DNA of 45,156 nt from a bacterium (GTDB taxonomy: Bacteria > UBA8248): positions 1 to 45,156 of the forward strand of contig CBDBZY010000026.1 in assembly GCA_965213685.1 (NCBI GenBank). The letters are read 5' to 3'. The position numbers and the translations under genes are program-made. Positions 19,878 to 28,538 of this stretch are shown piece after piece (positions within the stretch are counted from its first letter, which is position 1; every line of letters starts with the position of its first letter). The notes under the pieces were generated by a model. The model did no database searches and had not been told where the DNA came from. It saw nothing but the letters and a program-made list of their open reading frames with translations.

Positions 19878-22450
19878 AATACGCGATCCGCAAAGGGGCT
19901 CCGCGAGCGGGCGAGCCGGACGAGCGCTATGTCGAGGTGGCTCTCAGCGTCCCGCACCTTCCTCCGCTCACCTACCGGGTGGCGGATGCGTTCGCGGAGC
20001 GGCTCGCGCCCGGGCTGCGCGTCCTGGTTCCACTGGGAAGGAGGAGACTGACGGGCTACGTGATCGGCCCGCTGGGGAAAAGTCCGCCCCCCGGGGTGGA
20101 GCCCGCCTCCATCAAGCCCGTTCTGGAGGTGATGGATGACGAGCCGCTGCTCGCGCCGGAGCTGCTGGAACTCACCAGGTGGGTGGCGGAGTATTATTGT
20201 TGCGGCTGGGGGGAGGCCCTCAAATTCGCGCTGCCGGCCCACAGGGAGAAGAAAACGGTGGAGCGCTATCGGCTCAGCGTGTTCGGGCGGCGCGAAGCCG
20301 ATCTGGAGGAGGGTGGCCTGGGCCTGCCCGGGCTCGGCTCCACACGGACAAGGGGAGGCCACAAGGCGAGAATTCTGGTCGCGCTGCGCGAGCGTCCGAG
20401 GACGATGCAGTCCCTCACGGCGTCGTTTGGGCGCGGGACGCGAGCGGAGGTCATGCGTCTTATCGAAGCGGGTTTCGTGGAGAGGGTCGTCGAGGCGGTG
20501 GGCGGGGCGGCGCGGCCCCGGAAGGCCAGGTATGCGCGCCTGCGCAAAAAACCGGTGGGGGATGCGCTGAAAGATTTGGAGAGTCGCGCGAGACGCCAGG
20601 CGGACGTTCTTCGTTTTTTGTCCGAAGCGGAAAACGGGCGGGTGCGGTTGCAAAAGCTGGAGGCGCTTTTCAAGGGCGCGCGCGCCGCTTGCGCGGCCCT
20701 GGAGAAAAAGGGGTGGCTCCTCGTGGAGGAGGACGCCGTCCCGGACGAGGCGGATGCTCCTCCCCGAAATCAACGGCCGGGGGCTCCGCCCCCCGCCCTC
20801 ACCGGGGAGCAGAAAAAAGCGTTTGAATCGGTAAAGGCGGACCTGCGGCGGCGGAGGTTTTCGGTCACCTTGCTTCACGGCGTCACGGGAAGCGGGAAAA
20901 CGGAAGTCTACATGCAACTGGCGCAAGCGGCCCTGGAGGAGGGCATGGGCGCGTTGATTCTGGTGCCGGAGATTGGCCTGACCTCCCAGCTGCTGGAGCG
21001 GTTTCGGGGGCGTTTCGGTCATTCGGTGGCCTGTCTGCACAGCGCGTATCCGGAGAGGGAGCGCATGTCCGCCTGGCGGCGCGTCAAGAACGGGGAGGCG
21101 CCCATCGTCGTGGGCACGCGGTCCGCCGTCTTTGCCCCCCTCCCGAATCTGGGGATGATCGCGGTGGATGAGGAGCATGACGGCTCCTACAAGCAGGAGG
21201 AGTCCCCGCGCTACCACGCCCGGGATACCGGGATCGTGCGCGCCCGGAATCTGGGCGTTCCGGTCGTGCTGGGCTCTGCGACGCCTTCGATGGAGAGCTA
21301 TACGCGCGCCAGAGGCGGGCGCTATCGACTCAGCGTTTTGCCGCATCGTCCCGCCGGGGGTGTCTTGCCAAAGGTGCGGTTGGTGGATTTGAGAAAAAAC
21401 ACCGGCCCGGACCCGAAAACGCCGGAGCTGCTGACGCGCGATTTGGCCGCAGCCATGCGCGAGCGCCTGGCGCGAGGCGAACAGACGCTGTTGTTCCTGA
21501 ATCGGCGCGGATTCTCCTCGGCGATTCTCTGCCGCGATTGCGGCGAGTCGATTCCATGTCCCCATTGCTCCATCCCTTTGACCTTTCACCGCGAGGGCGG
21601 GGGGAGGGTGCAATGCCATTGGTGCGACTACAGCGCGCGTGCGCCCCATCGGTGTCCGTCCTGCGGCAGTGAGCGCGTGGGTTATTTCGGGGTGGGAACG
21701 CAGCGCGTAGAGGAGGCCGTCCGGGCGCGGTTCCCGTCCGCGCGCGTCCAGCGCCTGGATCGCGACACCGCCCGCCGCGCCGGCGCGTACGACAGGATAT
21801 TCGGGGCGATGCGGGACGGGGAAATCGACATACTCATCGGCACGCAGATGGTGGCCAAGGGGCATGATTTTCCGCGACTGACGCTTGTGGGAGTCGTGGT
21901 GGCCGACGTGGGCCTCCACGTACCGGATTTCCGGGCGGGCGAGCGCACGTTTCAGTTGCTGACGCAGGTGGCCGGGCGGGCGGGCCGCGCCGATTTGCCG
22001 GGAGAGGTCATCATCCAGACGTTCCGGCCGGATCATGACGCGGTTCAGTGCGCTCGCGCGCACGATTATGTCGGCTTCTACAAGAGGGAGGCCCTCGCGC
22101 GGGATCGGATGGGGTACCCGCCATATCGGCGCCTGGCCAGGCTGCGCTTCGAGTCGAAGAACAAGCATCTCGCCGCCAAGTCGGCCGCCTGGGCGGCTTC
22201 CTGGCTGAGGGGCCGCCGCGCGCCGACAGCCGGGCGCGCAGCCGAAGCGGACGAAGTCGAGCACTTGGGGCCCGCACCGGCGCCCGTCCTGAGAATTCGC
22301 GGGATATGGCGATACCATATGATCCTGAAGGCGAAATCATCGAGACGCCTGGGCGAGGCCATCCGGTCGCTGGCGGCTGAGTTCGACGGCGAGGCGGCCT
22401 TCTCATCCGTTCATCTGGCCGTGGACGTGGACCCGATAAGTTTGATGTGA
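19874..22450 (+). CDS. priA: primosomal protein N' (replication restart helicase)
   Basis: GVTGSGKTEVY, DEEHD, LGSATPS, LNRRG, four CxxC, GTQMVAKGHDF, QVAGRAGR, VDVDP C-terminus; GTGA overlap. Confidence 0.96.
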   Translation: MKYAIRKGAPRAGEPDERYVEVALSVPHLPPLTYRVADAFAERLAPGLRVLVPLGRRRLTGYVIGPLGKSPPPGVEPASIKPVLEVMDDEPLLAPELLELTRWVAEYYCCGWGEALKFALPAHREKKTVERYRLSVFGRREADLEEGGLGLPGLGSTRTRGGHKARILVALRERPRTMQSLTASFGRGTRAEVMRLIEAGFVERVVEAVGGAARPRKARYARLRKKPVGDALKDLESRARRQADVLRFLSEAENGRVRLQKLEALFKGARAACAALEKKGWLLVEEDAVPDEADAPPRNQRPGAPPPALTGEQKKAFESVKADLRRRRFSVTLLHGVTGSGKTEVYMQLAQAALEEGMGALILVPEIGLTSQLLERFRGRFGHSVACLHSAYPERERMSAWRRVKNGEAPIVVGTRSAVFAPLPNLGMIAVDEEHDGSYKQEESPRYHARDTGIVRARNLGVPVVLGSATPSMESYTRARGGRYRLSVLPHRPAGGVLPKVRLVDLRKNTGPDPKTPELLTRDLAAAMRERLARGEQTLLFLNRRGFSSAILCRDCGESIPCPHCSIPLTFHREGGGRVQCHWCDYSARAPHRCPSCGSERVGYFGVGTQRVEEAVRARFPSARVQRLDRDTARRAGAYDRIFGAMRDGEIDILIGTQMVAKGHDFPRLTLVGVVVADVGLHVPDFRAGERTFQLLTQVAGRAGRADLPGEVIIQTFRPDHDAVQCARAHDYVGFYKREALARDRMGYPPYRRLARLRFESKNKHLAAKSAAWAASWLRGRRAPTAGRAAEADEVEHLGPAPAPVLRIRGIWRYHMILKAKSSRRLGEAIRSLAAEFDGEAAFSSVHLAVDVDPISLM

Positions 22451-22581
22451 CGCGGGGGACGCCGGCGGGAGCGCGCGGAAATGGCGGGAGGAAGCCGGCC
22501 GGGGGATGGCGGAGGAGACGGGGCGATATGCCGGGATGGGGATACGGGATTCTCGCCAGACGCCGGGAGGACGCCGTCCGC

Positions 22582-22656
22582 TGGTGGGCCGTACTGGATT
22601 TGAACCAGTGACTTCTGCCGTGTGAAGGCAGCGCTCTGCCGCTGAGCTAACGGCCC
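22582..22656 (-). tRNA. tRNA-Val (CAC)
   Basis: GGGCCGTTAGCTCAGCGGCAGAGCGCTGCCTT-CAC-ACGGCAGAAGTCACTGGTTCAAATCCAGTACGGCCCACCA: 75 nt, encoded CCA. Confidence 0.96.
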
Positions 22657-22909
22657 ATCGCTTCGGCGTGTATCACAGGCTGCGCATCGGGTCAAGAACG
22701 GGGCGGGTTTGTCGCCCGCAGCACCGGTCGCCGACCTCTTCGGCCTCACTTGCGCGCCGGCGGGGCGCGTCGGACGCGGATGGCCCACAACAAACCCAGG
22801 AAACCTCGGCTCCAACTTTGCGGCGATTCGCGCTATCCGCTATCATGCCGTGAGTGGAAATGGGCGCGCCCGAAATTTCGCCAGCTCTGGGAAGAGGGGA
22901 TAACCCGAG

Positions 22910-23134
22910 ATGAATCAAGTGACGAATAACGGGGTGAAATATCACCTCGAAGCCCGTGCGCACGATCTGTACGGATTCGGCGTCGACGTGTTTATGCTGG
23001 ATACGGACGGCGGCCAGCCCAGGGAGCCCATCGCGTTCATTCCGGGAAAAGACGAGAGCGCCGCGACGGTGCTGACGCGGCAGTGGCTCAAAATCGCCTT
23101 TCCGGCGGAATTGCCCAAGGGCAAGAGAAAATAG
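22910..23134 (+). CDS. hypothetical protein (74 aa)
   Basis: RBS GAGGGG, protein-like composition, no competing gene; no family recognised. Confidence 0.65.
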   Translation: MNQVTNNGVKYHLEARAHDLYGFGVDVFMLDTDGGQPREPIAFIPGKDESAATVLTRQWLKIAFPAELPKGKRK

Positions 23135-23207
23135 CGGCCGCGGGCGCGCGCTCAGGCGTCTCGCCGGAGAGTCTTTTCTTCTCAGCGCTCCGGTCCGTGG
23201 AGGTCTC

Positions 23208-23615
23208 TTGAAGTCGCCTCAAACCATTCAAACGAATCTGGCGCCCGCGCCCACCGGGCCGTTTGCGCAGGCGCGCCGGGCGGGGAATCTGCTGTTCATC
23301 GCCGGCCAGCGCGGCATCGACCCGGATTCAGGGGCGCTCGTTGCGGGAAATGTCGAGGCGCGCGCCAGGCGGACTTTGGAGAACCTGCGAGCCATCGCGG
23401 AGGCGGCGGGCGGGTCGCTGGCCACCTTCGTTTCCACCGTCGTCTATGTGCGGGACATGAACGCCCACCGCCCGGCCATCAACCGGCTGTATGAAGAATA
23501 CTTTGGCCCGAACCTGCCCACGCGCACCATCGTGGAGGTGAGCGGGTTGAACCAGGACGACATGGTGGAGATCGAGGCGGTCGTCATGATTCCCGGCGCC
23601 CGGGAATCGGCCTAG
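23208..23615 (+). CDS. RidA/YjgF family protein
   Basis: APAPTGPF, LFIAGQRGIDP, PTRTIVEV, VEIEAV. Confidence 0.92.
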   Translation: MKSPQTIQTNLAPAPTGPFAQARRAGNLLFIAGQRGIDPDSGALVAGNVEARARRTLENLRAIAEAAGGSLATFVSTVVYVRDMNAHRPAINRLYEEYFGPNLPTRTIVEVSGLNQDDMVEIEAVVMIPGARESA

Positions 23616-25204
23616 CCGGCGGGTGCCGCCGGAGCGGGAAGCGGCTCCCACCATTTTTCCAGCCCCGCGTCATCCGCTATCGCACCGGCCGCGTTATAGC
23701 CGGGCGCCCCGTTCAGGCCGCCCCCCTGGCAACTCGAGCTGCACAGGTAGAACCCTTCCAGCGGCGTCCGCATTCCGGAGAGCAATGGATGCGGTCTGTG
23801 TATCCCCAGCTGCTCGGGAACGTATGCCCCCATTCGTACGCCGCCTCGCACCATGTTTTCGTTTCCGCGCTCGATGTCGAGCGGGGTGTAGAGCTTGGCC
23901 GCGCGAACGTTCTCGGGGGTGAGGTTCGGAGCGTAGCGCCTCCACGCCTCCACCAGGTGCGCGGTGTATTCCTCCTTGATTTCGTCCCACCGTCCGGGCC
24001 CGCCGTCTTTCAGCTCGTAGGGTGCGCCCGGCCACCAGAAGGCGACGTGCCCGTCGGCGGGCGCATAGGAGGGGTCGTGTTGGCTGTTGCACGAGCCGTT
24101 GCCCATCGGACGGGAGGGGAGGGAGCCGTTTTTGCGCTCTTGCGCGTTTTGGGCCATCTCCTCGCCGGAGTCCGCGCCGAATATGATGTTGTACGCCCGG
24201 CCCACGTCCGGGTCGAAGTTCTGCGCGGCGTATCGCGGCGGGGCGGCCAGGGCGAGATGCAGCGTGCTGAGGGAGTGGAAGCCCCAGTCCCAGTTTCGCA
24301 CCTTTTCGTTGACCTCCTCGGGGAAAGCGTCTTCTCCCGCCAGGCGGACCGACGTCGGCGCATTGAGGCTGGAGGCGACAAACCGCTTCGCCGTCATTCT
24401 TTCGCCGTTGTCAAGAATGACGCCCGTCGCGCGTCCGGCGTCGCGCGTCACCTCCTGGACGCGGCTGTTTCTGAGGACGACGCCTCCGTGCCGGGTGACG
24501 ATGCGCTCGAGTGCCAGAGGCAGCTGGAGGGCACCCCCCACCGGAAGCCCGAGCGTCGTGTGGGTGGAGAACAGGCTGGGGAGAAAGATGCCCGTCCCCG
24601 GCGCGTTCTCCACCGTGATGGCGTGGGAGAACAGGAAGAACAGCGCCCGCATCTTGGGATGTTCGAAGTGGGATTCGATGGCCTCGAAGATCGAGGTTTT
24701 CGCAAATCCCAGAATATCGCGTCCCGCCTCGCTCTCCATCCGGGAGGCGATTTCGCCCGGAGGCAGCGGAGGATGGAACAGAAAGCTCCGCATCAAGGGG
24801 GCGAGCTCCACGGCGAATCGCCGGTGGAGGGCCAGATAGGACGCGGCGTCCTTGGGAGAGAATCTCGAGATGGACGCGGCGCTCCTGTTCGGATCCCGAT
24901 GCAGGAGGATGGCCGTGCCGTCCCGATACAGCGCGGCGTGCTGCGCGTCCGGCGTGAGCCACCGGAATCCGTATTTGTTCAGCTCCAGGTCCCTGACGAT
25001 GGGAAAATCATCCAGCCCGATGAAGAAATTCGCGTGCATGTTGGAGCGGTAGCCGGGCAGCAGGAAATCTTTCGTGCTCGAGCCGCCGCCGATTTCATGC
25101 TCGCTTTCCAGAACGGCGATTTTGAGGCCCGCCCGGGCGAGATAGGCAGCGCATACCAAGCCGTTGTGCCCGGCGCCGATCACGACACCATCGAATTGCG
25201 CCAT
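23612..25204 (-). CDS. phytoene dehydrogenase-like (COG1233) FAD oxidoreductase
   Basis: IGAGHNGLVCAAYLARAG, IGGG, YTPLDIE, RTPLEGFYLC, GAPGYNAA. Confidence 0.9.
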   Translation of the reverse strand: MAQFDGVVIGAGHNGLVCAAYLARAGLKIAVLESEHEIGGGSSTKDFLLPGYRSNMHANFFIGLDDFPIVRDLELNKYGFRWLTPDAQHAALYRDGTAILLHRDPNRSAASISRFSPKDAASYLALHRRFAVELAPLMRSFLFHPPLPPGEIASRMESEAGRDILGFAKTSIFEAIESHFEHPKMRALFFLFSHAITVENAPGTGIFLPSLFSTHTTLGLPVGGALQLPLALERIVTRHGGVVLRNSRVQEVTRDAGRATGVILDNGERMTAKRFVASSLNAPTSVRLAGEDAFPEEVNEKVRNWDWGFHSLSTLHLALAAPPRYAAQNFDPDVGRAYNIIFGADSGEEMAQNAQERKNGSLPSRPMGNGSCNSQHDPSYAPADGHVAFWWPGAPYELKDGGPGRWDEIKEEYTAHLVEAWRRYAPNLTPENVRAAKLYTPLDIERGNENMVRGGVRMGAYVPEQLGIHRPHPLLSGMRTPLEGFYLCSSSCQGGGLNGAPGYNAAGAIADDAGLEKWWEPLPAPAAPAG

Positions 25205-25358
25205 GGAGTTCTCTCCTCGATATGGGAATACGGAGAGGCCAGCTTACCGAACCGGGGAGGAAAGGGCAAAACAGACGGATGAGCGCACGCCCTGCCCGAG
25301 GCGGGCGGAGGTCTCCCCCATCCATCCATCCTTCTGGACGGGCCGGCCGCGCGCGCGA

Positions 25359-25991
25359 TCAGCTCTCCTCTTTCTCCTGCTCGAGGCGTTCTCGCCTGAC
25401 GCGGGCAACCTCCGCCCTGACGTCGTCGATCACGTCTTTGCCCCAGAAGCGCTTTCCCTCCACCACGAACGTGGGGATTCCAAAGATGCCCAGGCTCTTT
25501 CCCTGGGCGCGCTGGCTGTGGAGCGCGCCGATGTAGCGCTCCTCGGCAATGACGTTCTTGATTTCTTCTCCGTCCAGGCCGACGTCCTCGCCGAGCCGGG
25601 AGATGACGTCCGCATCCTCCAGATCCAGGTCTTCCACCCAGCGGGCCTGGTAGCAGCGATCCCGAAATTCCCGGAACTTTCCCTTGTCCCGGGCGTAATA
25701 GGTGGCCATATGAAGGCCGGTCGTGCGGTAGTCCGCTCCCGCCGGACGGATGGGGACGTTGTATTTCTCGGCGAGGGGCTTGTGGTTTGCCTCGTAGTTT
25801 TCTTTTTTCTGCTCGGGCGTGTAGCCGGCGAAGTCCTGGCCGGGCGGCCTCCCCTCCCAGCTCACCCATTCGACGACCACGTCAGGGTCCTCTTCAATCA
25901 CGGGCGTGCCACCGACGGTGGCGACATAGCAGAAAGGTCATGTGTAATCCGAGTATTTCACCACAACGATTGGTTCTTTCAACCCGCCCAT
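25359..25991 (-). CDS. DsbA/FrnE-like selenoprotein, UPFC motif
   Basis: MGGLKEPIVVVKYSDYT-U(TGA 25938-25940)-PFCYVA, in frame with track ORF 25359-25901 (GIFGIPTFVV..RFWG). Confidence 0.88.
25906..25925 (-). promoter_or_regulatory. putative bacterial SECIS hairpin
   Basis: GU-C-GCCACC[GUC]GGUGGC-AC; loop G at +22 from the UGA. Confidence 0.65.
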
Positions 25992-26058
25992 TGCGTTGCC
26001 TCCGTCTTGTTTTTGAGGAGAGAGGTCCGTGGCTGCGTCGCGCGCCGCACCGCTCGAT

Positions 26059-27495
26059 TTATACCACTTCCGCGCGGTCGTGGTCGATGGCGTCATGCCC
26101 CCCGGGGTCGACCCAGACGCCCATGTTCCGAAGTTCCGTCACCGCCCGCGAGATTTCTCGCGCGTCTCCGCGAAACGCGCATACCTGCCACCCCGAGTGG
26201 GCGTCGACCTCGCTTCTCAGGATGTGGATGGAGAAGGAATGCCGCTTGCCGAGCTCCCACAAGATGGGTTTGCCTACAAGATGTCCCGGAAGGGAGAGAA
26301 CCAGCCGGTCGCATCCCCGCGGTATCGGAGTCGCGTGGATGCCGACGGGTCCGCCGCTCTCCAGTCTGGCGAAAAAATCACCGACGATCTCGGTGAGCTT
26401 GTCGTACTGCACCAGGAACGCATCGTGCCCATAGGTGGACTCCACGGTGTGCAGCTCCGCCTCGCGCCCGAGTTTTTCGAGAATCCGGGCGATCTCCATG
26501 CTCCTCTCCGGCGGGAAGAGCCAATCGGATATGAAGCAGACGAGCATGCATTTGGTCGTCAGCCGCGATAGCGAGGCTTCGAGACTCTCGAAGCCTGCGG
26601 CGGCGTCGTAGAGGGCCATCATGCGGGATATGTACAGGTAGGAGTTCGCGTCAAAGCGCTCGACGAATTTGTCTCCCTGGTGGTCGAGGTAGCTCTCCAC
26701 CTCGAACCGGGAAGCGATGCCCTCCAGCATTTTGTCCTTGTCCCGAATCTCGCGGCCAAATTTCTCCCACATGACGCCCCGGCTCAGGTAGGTGATGTGG
26801 GCCAACATGCGCGCCGCGCTGAGGCCCTTGCGCGGCCCCCCGGACGAAGCGTAGTCGCCGTTTTCCCAGTCGCCGTCCGCCGTGATGGCCCGGCGGGCGA
26901 TTTTGTCCCAGGCGATTCCCATCGGGTCGAGGCGGGCGGCGCCCGCGACCGGTATCACGGAGTCGCAGAAATCGCTGTAGCGCAGCCCCCATTCCAGGCT
27001 TTGCATCCCGGCGAGGGAGCCGCCTATCACCGTTTTCAGGCGTTTGACGCCCAGGTGATCGAGGAGCAGCCTTTGGACGCGCACCGTGTCCCCCACCGTG
27101 ATGACGGGAAAGCCCATGTTGTAGGCGCTTCCGGTGGCGGGGTTGATGGAAGAGGGCCCCGTGGTGCCCGAGCATCCCCCCAGATTGTTGGAGGAGACGA
27201 CAAAGTATTTCTCCGTGTCGATGGCCTTGCCCGGGCCGATCATCGGGTCCCACCAGCCTGGCCGCGGATCGTCCCCGCTGTGGAAGCCGGCCGCGTGGGC
27301 GTCTCCCGTCAAGGCGTGAATGACCAAGACGGCGTTGTCCCCGCCGGGGGAGAGTTCGCCGTATGTCTCATAGCGCACCTGGACTTCGGGCAGCGTTTCG
27401 CCCGAATCGGTCCGGAACGGATCGGGGAGCGTGAACGTATGGGCTTGGACGAGGCCGACCGAGCCGGGGTCTTTCGTGAAATCTTTCTCGCTCAT
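26059..27495 (-). CDS. metX: homoserine O-acyltransferase MetX with C-terminal NIL-like domain
   Basis: HALTGDAH, NNLGGCSGTTGP, GGSLAG, RFDANSY, SDWLFP, GHDAFL; extra ~85 aa tail LSLPGHLVGKPILWEL...HILRSEV...GW...GVWVD. Confidence 0.92.
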   Translation of the reverse strand: MSEKDFTKDPGSVGLVQAHTFTLPDPFRTDSGETLPEVQVRYETYGELSPGGDNAVLVIHALTGDAHAAGFHSGDDPRPGWWDPMIGPGKAIDTEKYFVVSSNNLGGCSGTTGPSSINPATGSAYNMGFPVITVGDTVRVQRLLLDHLGVKRLKTVIGGSLAGMQSLEWGLRYSDFCDSVIPVAGAARLDPMGIAWDKIARRAITADGDWENGDYASSGGPRKGLSAARMLAHITYLSRGVMWEKFGREIRDKDKMLEGIASRFEVESYLDHQGDKFVERFDANSYLYISRMMALYDAAAGFESLEASLSRLTTKCMLVCFISDWLFPPERSMEIARILEKLGREAELHTVESTYGHDAFLVQYDKLTEIVGDFFARLESGGPVGIHATPIPRGCDRLVLSLPGHLVGKPILWELGKRHSFSIHILRSEVDAHSGWQVCAFRGDAREISRAVTELRNMGVWVDPGGHDAIDHDRAEVV

Positions 27496-27725
27496 GGTTT
27501 GGCGCGACTTCCTCATTTCAAAAACAAGAAGATATACTGGTTTGTAGCAAAATTGTGTGTTCGATACACGCCCGCTCCCGGGACGCCCGGTCTGCCCGGC
27601 GCCATCTTGTGGGACGCAATGGTGGTTGTTACATTTTTCGCGAGTGAAATACAATGCCCTGACGTTCTCCGCCCGGTGCGAGCCGGCGGATTGGCCGCAC
27701 CTTCGCCTCTGCGTGGGTACGCAGC

Positions 27726-28496
27726 ATGATAGTTCGTCCGCGAGACAATGCCGTGCGCCTCATCTGCCAGCATGATCATGCGAGGGCGGCGGGCACCATC
27801 GCGCGAAACTGGGCGGGGATAGGATCGCTGCCCCCGCCGCCGGAGGAGGTCCGCGAGGAGGTGCTGTTTGCCGTGGACAACCACGATGTGGGGTGGTGCC
27901 GCCCGGACGCAACCCCCCAACTCGATGAGATGACGAACCTGCCCTTCAGTTTTTTTGGCATAACGGCGGACAAGGTGATACGGATATGGACGGAGGGGAT
28001 CGATTCCTGCGCGTCTTTCCATCCATTTTCCGGGTATCTGGTCAGCCTCCATTTCGCCGCACTCGCCGCCGATGGAAAGAGGGGCGCTCCGCGAGAGGTT
28101 TCCAGGGTGCTCAACGGTTTCATCCATGCGGAATCGAAGCGGCGCGAGGGGCTGGGCGCCCTCATCGATCCGGAGCGGAGGGGGGCGATTGAAAGTTCCG
28201 CCCTGCTGCTCAAGGCTTGCGACACGCTGTCCCTGCTGGCGTGCCGGGCACCGGAGATCACCCCGCTCGACGGCGCCGTCCACCCGCTGGCGCAAAGCGA
28301 CCTGAGGGTGCGGACCCGGGGATCGGACGATATGGAGATATCCCCGTGGCCGTTCTCCTCGGGCTCCGTCAGACTGCGGATGCCGGGATTGATCATGCCG
28401 GGCGTCCGTTTCGCCGATGAAAGGGAGCTGGCGGAGGCGTTGTCGATGGCGGAGCCCATCGTGTTTTCCAGCATGCTCACGCGATTGTCGGAATGA
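27726..28496 (+). CDS. DUF3891-family protein
   Basis: MIVR..LICQHDHA..W..AVDNHDVGW, LVSLHF, CDTLSL, PWPF. Confidence 0.8.
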   Translation: MIVRPRDNAVRLICQHDHARAAGTIARNWAGIGSLPPPPEEVREEVLFAVDNHDVGWCRPDATPQLDEMTNLPFSFFGITADKVIRIWTEGIDSCASFHPFSGYLVSLHFAALAADGKRGAPREVSRVLNGFIHAESKRREGLGALIDPERRGAIESSALLLKACDTLSLLACRAPEITPLDGAVHPLAQSDLRVRTRGSDDMEISPWPFSSGSVRLRMPGLIMPGVRFADERELAEALSMAEPIVFSSMLTRLSE

Positions 28497-28538
28497 GGGC
28501 GCGACGGAGTGGTGCGGAGCGAGGCCCACGGATTGTGA

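Noticed and set aside
22451-22581. Integrated element at the tRNA-Val 3' end
   Set aside because: Only a short spacer to priA; no integrase or repeated tRNA end.
27496-27725. SAM riboswitch or T-box upstream of metX
   Set aside because: No recognisable conserved core by eye; an Rfam scan would be needed to exclude one fully.
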